NCBI GenBank assembly: GCA_016791345.1
Contig: JAEUMW010000126.1
Location: 1 to 39,814, forward strand
DNA from: Betaproteobacteria bacterium
GTDB taxonomy: Bacteria > Pseudomonadota > Gammaproteobacteria > Burkholderiales > JAEUMW01
Reading direction: 5' to 3'
Length of the DNA stretch: 39,814 bases
The position numbers and the translations under genes were made by a program. Below the pieces are notes generated by a model. It had not been told where the DNA came from, searched no databases, and worked only from the letters and a program-made list of their open reading frames with translations. Each line of letters starts with the position of its first letter. The stretch's first letter is position 1. This document shows, one piece after another, positions 27,587 through 35,707 of this stretch.

Positions 27587-28138
27587 ATGAGCAACGAATG
27601 CCGCTACGCCGTCAGCGAGACCCTCCGCAATGGCATTTCGGTGACGATCCGCGCGGTGCGGCCGAGCGATCGGGAGCGCCTGATCGCCGCCTTCCACAAG
27701 CTGGAACCGGAGTCGATCTACACGCGCTTCTTCGCCTACAAGGACGAACTCAGCGAAGCGGACCTCAAGCGCGCCACGGAGATCGACTTCGAGCGACGAG
27801 TCGTGCTCCTGGTCACCATCGCGAACGGTGCGGAGGAGACCGTCATCGGCGCGGGCAGCTATACGGCATGCACGCGATCGCCAACCGTCTGCAGCGCAGA
27901 GGTCGGCTTCATCGTCGAGGAGGACTACCACGGCCTCGGGATCGCCGGACGCATCCTCCACCACCTGGCGGTCATCGCGCGCGAACGGGGAATCGGGCAG
28001 TTCGAGGCCGAGGTGCTGCCCGAGAATCGCGCGATGGTGTCGGTCTTCGCGCGGAGCGGCTTCCCGATGACGGAAGAAAGGGTCGACGGAACCATCCGCG
28101 TGACCATGAAACTGCCAGACGCCATCCCGGCCGACTGA
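27587..28138 (+). CDS. Stand-alone GNAT acetyltransferase resembling the catalytic domain of Pat/PatZ protein lysine acetyltransferases
   Basis: AGGGAGG SD. IRAVRPSDRERLIAAFHKLEPESIYTRFF...EADLKRATEIDFERRVVLLV...AEVGFIVEEDYHGLGIAGRIL...AEVLPENRAMVSVFARSGF aligns by eye with the Salmonella Pat GNAT domain (YYRYF...IDYDREMAFV...LKGLGLGRRLM...NNRGMVALARKLGF). Confidence 0.8.
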   Translation: MSNECRYAVSETLRNGISVTIRAVRPSDRERLIAAFHKLEPESIYTRFFAYKDELSEADLKRATEIDFERRVVLLVTIANGAEETVIGAGSYTACTRSPTVCSAEVGFIVEEDYHGLGIAGRILHHLAVIARERGIGQFEAEVLPENRAMVSVFARSGFPMTEERVDGTIRVTMKLPDAIPAD

Positions 28139-28486
28139 CCAGCGAGCACCGGCGCGTCTCCATCCGCGCGGACCGGCGCGGCTGCCGTTCGTCAATCATG
28201 CCGGCGGTCTGCTGCCAGGGTTCGCACAATGTCGGACACCGGGACATCTCCAATTTCCTGGCCGACCACAGCGCGCAAGACGCTGACCAGCTGAATCGAA
28301 GTCCACGCCGGCTGGCTGCCCGGCTCGAACCGCGACTACCAGGGGAAGGGTTCGGGCTCTTGATTACCACCGCTTTGATCCGGCCGGGCGGTCCTTCCCT
28401 TATTGAGTTGTGCCGCTGTTCCATCGTGCCGACGGCGCGGCAGAGAGACTGCTGCGACGACCCGGCAGAAGCCGTTTGGAGTCTGG

Positions 28487-30712
28487 ATGACCACCGAGCA
28501 AGAAGGATTCGTTCCCCATCCTGCGCCGCTGTCGCAGATCCCGCAGGACATGCAGGTGCTCCTCGTCGATGACGACGCGCGCCTGCGCGGGCTCGTGGCG
28601 AGACTGCTCCGGGGGCCGGGCCGGGAAGTCGTTCAGTGCGGATCGGTCGGCCGCGCGATGGCGCTGCTGCAGGAAAAATCGATCGACCTGGCACTCGTCA
28701 ACATCCACCTTCCCGACGGTACCGGACTGGAACTGGTGCGCTGGATGCGGGACCGTGGCCTGGACACGTCGGTGATCGTGATGAGCGGTGACGACAACGT
28801 GGATTCCGTGATCAACGCACTGCGCTGCGGCGCCGTCGAGTTCGTGCGCAAGCCGTTCGACCCGGCGGCCTTGCGGCGCGCGGTCGACAACGCTCTGGCA
28901 GCGCGCCGCCTGGCCCTGGAGCAACGCCTCGCGAGGGAACGGCTCGAGCAATCCGAGCGTCTTCACAAGTACTTTGTCCACCACTCGCCCGACCTGATCT
29001 TCGCGCTCGACACCAACGGTCGCTTCTGGTTCGTGAACGACCGCTTCACGTCGCTGCTCGGCTTCGAGAGGGAAGAGCTGATCGGCGCCCATTACTCCGC
29101 TGTCATCCATCACGACGATCTGCGAGCCGCCCGGTGGGCGTGCAGCGAGCGGCGCACCGGCCCGCGCGCCACGTCCAACGTCGAGATCCGGCTGCGGCGG
29201 CGCGCGCCGGACGGAGCAGAAGGTGCCGCGGCGCTGCTGGCGACGGTCGTGGTGAGCGCGGTTGGCCTGTACGCGCCCGCGGAGGGAGAGTCGCCCCGGC
29301 GTTTCCTCGGCACCTACGGCGTCGCGCGAGACATCACGGACCGCAAGCAGGCGGAGCAGATCTCGAGCTTTCATGCGACCCACGACGCCTTGACCGGACT
29401 GCCGAACCGCGCCCTTTTCCTCGACCGCCTGCGGCAGGCGATCGCTCGTGCGCGCCGGATGTTTCTCGAGAAGGGTCATCTTGCCGTGCTCTTCATCGAC
29501 CTCGACGGCTTCAAGAAGGTGAATGACACCTACGGTCACGTCCAGGGAGACCAACTGCTGCAGCAGGTCGCCGCGCGCCTGCGGCGCTGTCTGCGCGGCA
29601 GCGACACCCTGTCGCGGGTGGGTGGCGACGAGTTCGTCGCCGTAGTCACCGAGCTCGGCGGGCGTGACGGGGCAGCCGCGGCGGCGGCGAAGATCCTCGG
29701 CGAACTGCGCGAGCCGTTCCTGCTCGGCAACGGCGAGTTTCGCACCAGCGTCAGCGTCGGCGTCGCGATGTATCCCGACGACGGTGCGAGCGAGCTCGAA
29801 CTCGTGCGCAACGCCGATCTCGCGATGTACCACGCCAAGCGCAGCGGCAAGAATGACATCGGTTACTTCACGCCGGACATGAACACCGTCTGGGCGCACA
29901 AGGTCGAGCTCGAGAACGAACTGCGCGCGGCGATCGACCAGGGCGGGCTGGAGCTGCATTACCAGCCGATTCACAATCTTTCGACCGGACAGGTCGAAGC
30001 GCTCGAGGCCCTCGTGCGCTGGCGCCACCCGACGCACGGACTGATGGATCCCAGCCGCTTCGTCCACATCGCCGAGGAAAGCGGACTCATCTACGGCTTG
30101 GGCGAGCGCGTGCTCGATGCGGCCTGTGCCGACCTGCGCGTCTGGCAGACGCAGGGTTTCACGGACCTGCGCATGGCGGTCAACCTCTCCGCGCGCGAAT
30201 TCGACCGGGCGGATCTGGTCGACTGCGTCGTCGATACCCTCAGGCGCCACGCCGTCGCGGCGGATTCGCTCGAACTCGAGATCACGGAAGGTGCCCTCGT
30301 CGAGGATCTCGATGCCGTCGCCGATCGGGCCGGCCAGCTGCGTCGCTCCGGCGTGCGCATCGCCATCGACGACTTCGGCACCCGCTACTCCACGCTCGGC
30401 TACCTGCAGTCGCTGCCGATCAGCGGCATCAAGATCGACCAGAGCTTCGTTCGCGATCTCGGCGCGCGCAGTTCAAGCGCGTCGATAGTCTCGGCGATGA
30501 GCGGCATCGCGCGCGGTTTCGGCCTCTCCCTCGTCGCCGAGGGCGTCGAGAAGCCGGAACACGTCGAGGCGCTGCGTACCTTCGGCTGCGACGTCATGCA
30601 GGGCTATCACTTCAGCCGACCGCTGCCGGCACGACAGGTCAGCGAGTATCTGGCACGCTTCAACTCCCCCGCTCCGGATCCCACGCCCGCGCCCGGCGGC
30701 GCCGGCCTCTAG
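28487..30712 (+). CDS. Response-regulator receiver-PAS-GGDEF-EAL protein (c-di-GMP turnover)
   Basis: REC domain (VLLVDDD...VNIHLPDGTG), PAS (FALDTNGRFWFVNDRFTSLLGF), intact GGDEF (RVGGDEFVAV, nt ~29621-29635), and EAL (EALVRWRHP...DDFGTRYS). No adjacent histidine kinase. Confidence 0.9.
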   Translation: MTTEQEGFVPHPAPLSQIPQDMQVLLVDDDARLRGLVARLLRGPGREVVQCGSVGRAMALLQEKSIDLALVNIHLPDGTGLELVRWMRDRGLDTSVIVMSGDDNVDSVINALRCGAVEFVRKPFDPAALRRAVDNALAARRLALEQRLARERLEQSERLHKYFVHHSPDLIFALDTNGRFWFVNDRFTSLLGFEREELIGAHYSAVIHHDDLRAARWACSERRTGPRATSNVEIRLRRRAPDGAEGAAALLATVVVSAVGLYAPAEGESPRRFLGTYGVARDITDRKQAEQISSFHATHDALTGLPNRALFLDRLRQAIARARRMFLEKGHLAVLFIDLDGFKKVNDTYGHVQGDQLLQQVAARLRRCLRGSDTLSRVGGDEFVAVVTELGGRDGAAAAAAKILGELREPFLLGNGEFRTSVSVGVAMYPDDGASELELVRNADLAMYHAKRSGKNDIGYFTPDMNTVWAHKVELENELRAAIDQGGLELHYQPIHNLSTGQVEALEALVRWRHPTHGLMDPSRFVHIAEESGLIYGLGERVLDAACADLRVWQTQGFTDLRMAVNLSAREFDRADLVDCVVDTLRRHAVAADSLELEITEGALVEDLDAVADRAGQLRRSGVRIAIDDFGTRYSTLGYLQSLPISGIKIDQSFVRDLGARSSSASIVSAMSGIARGFGLSLVAEGVEKPEHVEALRTFGCDVMQGYHFSRPLPARQVSEYLARFNSPAPDPTPAPGGAGL

Positions 30713-30740
30713 CCCCGCCAAAACCCTGCCTCGATCGCGG

Positions 30741-30769
30741 TTGACTGTCGCCGGTCGATTGCGTTAACT
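30741..30769 (+). promoter_or_regulatory. Candidate sigma70 promoter TTGACT-17 nt-TTAACT upstream of the molybdoenzyme gene
   Basis: Hexamers and spacing read directly from the sequence. This would give a ~150-nt leader before the ATG at 30924. No experimental support. Confidence 0.3.
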
Positions 30770-30923
30770 CCGACTGCAGAAATCAGCTCGCGCGCTTCGC
30801 TGGCAGCGCGACATCGCGCGGCGGAATGTGGCACTCGGGCGGACAGGTCCCTTGCTTTGCCGCAGGTCGATCTCTCCGGTCATGTTCGGTGCGCCGGAAC
30901 GGCGCTCTTCAGGAGGCTGGCTC

Positions 30924-33101
30924 ATGTCTACCCACAACTGCGAAGAGAAAGTCGTCAAGGGCGCCTGTCCGCAGGACTGTCCCGACACGTGTGCCATGCT
31001 GTACACGGTGGAGGACGGCAAGCTGGTCGACGTGCGCGGCAATCCGGATCATCCGATGACGCGCGGCGGTCTCTGCATCAAGCTCAAGGATTTCGCCGAG
31101 CATCACTACAACCCCGATCGGCTGCTCTACCCGATGAAGCGCACGGGACCGAAGGGCAGCGGCCAGTTCGCGCGCATCTCGTGGGACGAGGCGCTCGGCG
31201 AAATCAAAAGCCGCTGGACCGACATCATTGCCCGTGATGGCGGGCAGGCGATCCTCCCGTTCTGTTATCTCGGCCACGAAGGGCTCATCAACGGCCTCAC
31301 CGCGGGCGATGCCTTCTTCAACCGGCTCGGTTCCACGGTGGCGGAGAAGACCTTCTGTGCGTCCGGGTCGTCGACGGCGTGGCTCATGACGGTGGGGCCG
31401 AGCGGCGGCGTGGACCCGGAGAGTTTCGCCGTCTCGAAATACATCGTGCTGTGGGCGGTGAACACGCTCACCACCAACCTGCACCATTGGCCGTTCATTC
31501 TCGAAGCGAAGAAGAAGGGCGCGAAAGTCGTCGTCATCGACCCCGTGCGCACGCGCACCGCCAAGCAGGCGGACTGGCACATCCGGCCGAAGCCGGGCAC
31601 CGATGCCGCGCTCGCGCTCGGTCTCATGAACGTGATCATCGGCGAGGATCTGGTCGATCACGACTACGTCGCCAACTACACGGTCGGCTTCGACGAGCTC
31701 AAGGCGCGCGCGCGGCAGTATCCGCCGGAGAAGGTGGCCGCCATCACCGGTGTGTCGGCGGATGACATCCGCCAGCTTGCGCGCGAGTTCGCGACCACGC
31801 AGCCCTCGGTGATCCGCCTCGGCGTGGCGCTCGAGCGGCACCACAACGGCGGCCAGGCGATACGCGCGGTGACGTGCCTGCCGGCGCTGGTGGGCTCCTG
31901 GCGTCATCCCGGCGGTGGCGCGCTGGAGATGCCGCTGTGGGCGTTTCCGCTCAAGCTTGCCGATGTCTGCCGGCCGGACTGGATCCGCCCGGGCACGCGC
32001 GTGGTGAACCTGACCGAGCTCGGCGCCGCGCTGACGGAACTCGACCCGCCCATCAAGTCGATGATGGTCTACAACGCCAATCCGATGTCACAGGCACCGG
32101 AGCAGAACAAGATCCGCCAGGGGCTCGCGCGTGAGGATCTCTTTACCGTGGTGAGCGAGCTCTTCGTCACGGACACGGCGAAGTACGCCGATATCCTGCT
32201 GCCGGCAGCGATGCAGGCGGAGCAGCTCGACCTCATGTTCTCCTGGGGCCACTTCTATTTCACGCTCAACCAGCAGGCGATCGAGCCGCCGGGCGAATGC
32301 GTCTCGAACGCCGAGCTCTTCCGGCGGCTCGCGCGCACCATGGGTTTCGACGACGACTACTGGAAGCGCAGCGACGAGCAGATGATCCGCGATTTCGTCG
32401 ACTGGAGCGCACCGGTGATGGAGGGCATCACCTACGAGCGGCTGGTCGAGGAAGGCTATGCGCACCTCAACGTCGGGGCCGTCGACCAGCGGACACCGCA
32501 TGCCGAGGGCAACTTCCCCACGCCGAGCGGCAAGTGCGAACTGAAGACGACACAGGCCGGGAACGGCAACTTCGTGGTACCGGCATGGCGGTCGATGTAC
32601 GAGGGCATGCAGCCCGGCACACCGATCGATCCGGTGCCCGACTACCTGCCGCCGTATGAGTCGCCGGCGTCGAATCCGGCGCTCGCGGCCAGGTACCCGC
32701 TCAACATCGTCTCGCCCAAGTCGCACGGATTCCTGAATTCACAATATGCGAACGAGACCGTTCAGCAACTGCGGCAGGGCGAGCAGATCGTGCTCATCCA
32801 TCCGGTGGACGCGGCAGCGCGCGGCATCCGCAACGGACAGCGGGTGCGCGTGCACAACGACCGCGGCGCATTCGAAGGCCGGGCCGAGCTCACGGAGGAT
32901 ACGCTGCAGGGGGTGGTCGCGGCCTCGCTCGGCTACTGGCCGGGATTGTCGCGGACGGGCACGGCGGTGAACTGCATCAGCTCGGCCCGGCACTGCAATC
33001 TGGGGCAGGCGCCGAGCTTCTCGGACAATCTGGTGGAAGTCGAACCGGTGCCGGTGGCAGCGACCGATACCGTGCCGACGCCGGCCGCAGCCGCGGCATG
33101 A
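30924..33101 (+). CDS. Cytoplasmic molybdopterin (bis-MGD) oxidoreductase, DMSO-reductase superfamily, substrate unknown
   Basis: AGGAGG 7 nt upstream of the ATG. N-terminal Fe-S motif CPQDCPDTC...GGLC, no Tat signal, probable Mo ligand region TFCASGSS, and MGD-binding segments (VVVIDPVRTRTA, NANPM). The track start at 30828 is too far upstream. Confidence 0.85.
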   Translation: MSTHNCEEKVVKGACPQDCPDTCAMLYTVEDGKLVDVRGNPDHPMTRGGLCIKLKDFAEHHYNPDRLLYPMKRTGPKGSGQFARISWDEALGEIKSRWTDIIARDGGQAILPFCYLGHEGLINGLTAGDAFFNRLGSTVAEKTFCASGSSTAWLMTVGPSGGVDPESFAVSKYIVLWAVNTLTTNLHHWPFILEAKKKGAKVVVIDPVRTRTAKQADWHIRPKPGTDAALALGLMNVIIGEDLVDHDYVANYTVGFDELKARARQYPPEKVAAITGVSADDIRQLAREFATTQPSVIRLGVALERHHNGGQAIRAVTCLPALVGSWRHPGGGALEMPLWAFPLKLADVCRPDWIRPGTRVVNLTELGAALTELDPPIKSMMVYNANPMSQAPEQNKIRQGLAREDLFTVVSELFVTDTAKYADILLPAAMQAEQLDLMFSWGHFYFTLNQQAIEPPGECVSNAELFRRLARTMGFDDDYWKRSDEQMIRDFVDWSAPVMEGITYERLVEEGYAHLNVGAVDQRTPHAEGNFPTPSGKCELKTTQAGNGNFVVPAWRSMYEGMQPGTPIDPVPDYLPPYESPASNPALAARYPLNIVSPKSHGFLNSQYANETVQQLRQGEQIVLIHPVDAAARGIRNGQRVRVHNDRGAFEGRAELTEDTLQGVVAASLGYWPGLSRTGTAVNCISSARHCNLGQAPSFSDNLVEVEPVPVAATDTVPTPAAAAA

Positions 33102-33141
33102 GGAGCGGGATCGCCGCACGGCAGCCCGGCGGAGACCGGTG

Positions 33142-33447
33142 ATGACGCACGTCGTCACCGAAAACTGCGACGGCTGCCGTTTCACCGACTGCGTGCACGC
33201 CTGTCCGGTGGCGTGCTTTCACGGCGACGAGCTCAGGGTCTACATCGATCCCGTCGCCTGCATCGACTGCGGCGCGTGCATCCCGGCCTGCCCCGTGCAC
33301 GCGATCTTCGAGGAGTTCGATCTGACCGAAGAGCAGCGGCCCTGGGTCGCTCTCAACGCCGACCGGGCGGCCGAGTTGCCGGTGATCTGGAGCCGCGAGA
33401 CGGCGCTGCCGACGGCCCAGGCGCGGCGCCAGGAGCTGGGGTACTGA
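33142..33447 (+). CDS. fdxA: 7Fe (3Fe-4S/4Fe-4S) Azotobacter-type ferredoxin
   Basis: THVVTENCDGCRFTDCVHACPVACFH...IDPVACIDCGACIPACPVHAIF matches the FdxA cysteine pattern. Confidence 0.9.
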   Translation: MTHVVTENCDGCRFTDCVHACPVACFHGDELRVYIDPVACIDCGACIPACPVHAIFEEFDLTEEQRPWVALNADRAAELPVIWSRETALPTAQARRQELGY

Positions 33448-33470
33448 GCGCGGCAGCCGGCCGGCCGCGC
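33448..33470. terminator. GC-rich hairpin between convergent fdxA and egtB (7-bp stem GCGCGGC/GCCGCGC, 9-nt loop), no U-tract
   Basis: Inverted repeat read directly from the sequence. It occupies most of the 29-nt convergent gap, so it may be a bidirectional terminator. Confidence 0.35.
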
Positions 33471-33476
33471 GGAACC

Positions 33477-34742
33477 TCATCGATCAGCGGCGAGCCGAAT
33501 ACCGGCGAACGGCCAGCGGTCGTGCGGGTAGAAGAAGTTGCGGTAGGTCTCGCGCAGATGTGATTGCGGTGTCACGCACGAGCCGCCGCGCAGCACCATC
33601 TGGTTCGCCATGAACTTGCCGTTGTACTCGCCGAGCGATCCGGCGAGCGGCACGAAGCCGGGATAGGGGGCGTAAGCCGAGCGCGTCCATTCCCACACGT
33701 CGCCATACCACTGTCCGTCGCCGTCGGCAGCGGCGTGGGGGTGCAGCAGACCGGACTCGACGAAGTTGCCGTCGACCGTCTGCGTGACGAGCATTGTTTC
33801 GAGTTCCTCCTCGCGCGGCAGACGTCTGCCCGCCCAGCGTGCGTATGCGTCTGCCTCGTAGAAGCTCACGTGGCACACGGGTTCGCCCAACTTAAGCGGG
33901 CGCATTCCGCCGAGCGTCATCTGCCACCACTGCCCATCCCGCACTTCCCAGTAGAGCGGTGCGTGCCAAGCGTGCTCGTGCCGCTTTGCCCAGCCGTCGG
34001 CCAGCCAGAGACGCACGTCGTCGTAACCGCCCGCCGTCATGAAGTCCAGGTACTCGCCGTTCGTGGTGAGCCGGGATGCGAGCGCGTGATCGTGCAGCAG
34101 CACGGCGTGACGCGGCGTCTCGTTGTCGAACGCAAAGCCGTTGCCCGCGTGGCCGATCTCGACGATGCCGCCGGGACACTCGATCCAGCGCAACGGCGCG
34201 TCCGAAGTGACGGGCGCGCTCGGCCCGGGCTGATACGCGGGGCGCAGCGGGTTTGCCGCGAAGTTGTGCTTGATGTCCATCAGGAGCAGTTCCTGATGCT
34301 GCTGCTCGTGATGCAGGCCGAGTGTCACGCGCGCTGCCATCTCGCCCCAGTGTGTATCCGGGATCGTGTCGATGAGGCCGAGCATGGCCTCGTCGACGTG
34401 CCGGCGGTAACGGTAGACCTCTTCCACCGTCGGCCGCGACAGTACACCGCGCCGGGCACGCGGGTGATACGACCCCACCGTTTCGTAATAGGAGTTGAAT
34501 ATCTGCTCGAAGACCGGGTGGAAGAGCCGGTAGCGAGCCGACTCGGGCTTCAGCAGAAAGGTCTCGAAGAACCACGAGACGTGCGCGAGGTGCCACTTCG
34601 GCGGGCTCGTCTCGAGCGCGCTCTGCACCTGATAATCGTCGGTCGCGAGCAGCGTACAGAGCCGCTCGGTCTGTGCGCGCACCTCGCGGTAGCGGTGGGC
34701 GAGGTCGAGCCGACTCAGGGGTGCGGCGGTTGGCGCGTTCAT
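33477..34742 (-). CDS. egtB: EgtB-type sulfoxide synthase (DinB_2 plus FGE-sulfatase domains)
   Basis: SPPKWHLAHVSWFFETF, LGLHHEQQHQELL, and C-terminal GDVWEWT...RGGSC. GGAGGG SD 6 nt upstream. Confidence 0.85.
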   Translation of the reverse strand: MNAPTAAPLSRLDLAHRYREVRAQTERLCTLLATDDYQVQSALETSPPKWHLAHVSWFFETFLLKPESARYRLFHPVFEQIFNSYYETVGSYHPRARRGVLSRPTVEEVYRYRRHVDEAMLGLIDTIPDTHWGEMAARVTLGLHHEQQHQELLLMDIKHNFAANPLRPAYQPGPSAPVTSDAPLRWIECPGGIVEIGHAGNGFAFDNETPRHAVLLHDHALASRLTTNGEYLDFMTAGGYDDVRLWLADGWAKRHEHAWHAPLYWEVRDGQWWQMTLGGMRPLKLGEPVCHVSFYEADAYARWAGRRLPREEELETMLVTQTVDGNFVESGLLHPHAAADGDGQWYGDVWEWTRSAYAPYPGFVPLAGSLGEYNGKFMANQMVLRGGSCVTPQSHLRETYRNFFYPHDRWPFAGIRLAADR

Positions 34743-34803
34743 GGGAAACCCTCCGAGCGGCGCAGCGCCGCACGCGGTAACGGAGCGCCGCCCGCCGGCA
34801 GAA

Positions 34804-35253
34804 TCAGGGCTGCTTCGCTACCAGGATCTGGGTATTGCGCGCGTGGCCGCCGGTCAGCACGCGGTTCGGCGTGTCGGACGCGTAGAGCGTCCTGTCGCCG
34901 TCGAGAATGCGCGCACTGACGCGGTATTCACGTGCGGCATCGATTTTCTCCGGATCGTAGGGCAGTTCGTAGAACACGGGGCCGTTGCAGGGCGGGTCGA
35001 TGAAGTTGCAGATGCTGCTGATGTTCTGCTCACTCACCACCGTCTCGGACTGGTCGGCCGTGGCCGACTGCACGAGCTTCACGTCCACCACGGCGCTTGC
35101 CGGCAGCGGCTCGACGTACCGATAGAACACCGTGCCGGTCACGCGCGGCGGCGGCGACCACAACGTGATAGGCTGCGGCGGGAAGTTGGCGCACCCCGCG
35201 AGGGCGACGGCGGCAAGCGCTGCCGCGCTCACCGTGCTGGCACTGATTCTCAT
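34804..35253 (-). CDS. YbaY/YscW-like lipoprotein
   Basis: The real start MRISASTVSAAALAAVALAGC has a lipobox (LAGC). VTGTVFYRYVEPLPASAVVDVKLVQ resembles the YbaY family. The family call is from memory only. Confidence 0.6.
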   Translation of the reverse strand: MRISASTVSAAALAAVALAGCANFPPQPITLWSPPPRVTGTVFYRYVEPLPASAVVDVKLVQSATADQSETVVSEQNISSICNFIDPPCNGPVFYELPYDPEKIDAAREYRVSARILDGDRTLYASDTPNRVLTGGHARNTQILVAKQP

Positions 35254-35299
35254 CGAAGCTCCCGTGTCCTGCAAAACCGCCTCGGCATGCTGCGAGGCG

Positions 35300-35707
35300 C
35301 TATTCGAAGGTACTTTCGACAATCCGGCTCGTGTAGTCAAGCGCCGCGAGCCGCTCCAGGACCTGGCGATAGTTGCGCTGGCCGGTCTGCCCGACGCAGA
35401 GGTACTGATCCTTCGTGCAGCCGATGCGCCCGCGCGAGCCGCGCATGAGTTCGAGTGTCGGATCGATGTGCTGCACCTCGGTGGCGTAACGTTCGTTTGC
35501 CGGAATGCAGAACTCGTAGCTCATCGACCGCAGACCCCGAGGCGGACCGCGCAGACCGCGCTCGTCGAGCGTCGACAGGTCGAGCGCGATCTTGGCGCGC
35601 TGCGCGCTCGTCAGTGCGGGTTCCGCCGGTGTCGACGCACACGCGCAGAGCACCGCGACACAGGCTCCGACGGCGATCCACGCGATACCAGCGGCGGCGA
35701 ATCTCAT
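35300..35707 (-). CDS. Hypothetical Cys-containing secreted protein or lipoprotein (135 aa)
   Basis: MRFAAAGIAWIAVGACVAVLCACAST is a signal or lipobox-like N-terminus. The ATG overlaps the tag stop (ATGA at 35704-35707). High GC3. No family recognised. Confidence 0.6.
   Translation of the reverse strand: MRFAAAGIAWIAVGACVAVLCACASTPAEPALTSAQRAKIALDLSTLDERGLRGPPRGLRSMSYEFCIPANERYATEVQHIDPTLELMRGSRGRIGCTKDQYLCVGQTGQRNYRQVLERLAALDYTSRIVESTFE

Noticed and set aside
27972-28694. Minus-strand ORFs in the GNAT to GGDEF-EAL intergenic region (27972..28694, 28336..28551).
   Set aside because: They run antisense into the GNAT and REC coding regions, lack an SD with proper spacing (GGAG abuts the ATG), and their products are low-complexity and Arg-rich.
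30801-30855. Sigma-54-like TGGCAC (30829-30834) and TGGCAG (30801-30806) upstream of the molybdoenzyme gene.
   Set aside because: The GG-to-GC spacing is wrong. The next TTGC lies 24 nt from the GG rather than 12, and no TTGC follows TGGCAG at N5.
30770-30923. Possible Moco riboswitch in the ~150-nt leader of the molybdoenzyme gene.
   Set aside because: I could not find the conserved Moco-motif elements from memory. Only generic GC hairpins are present. An Infernal scan is needed before any claim.
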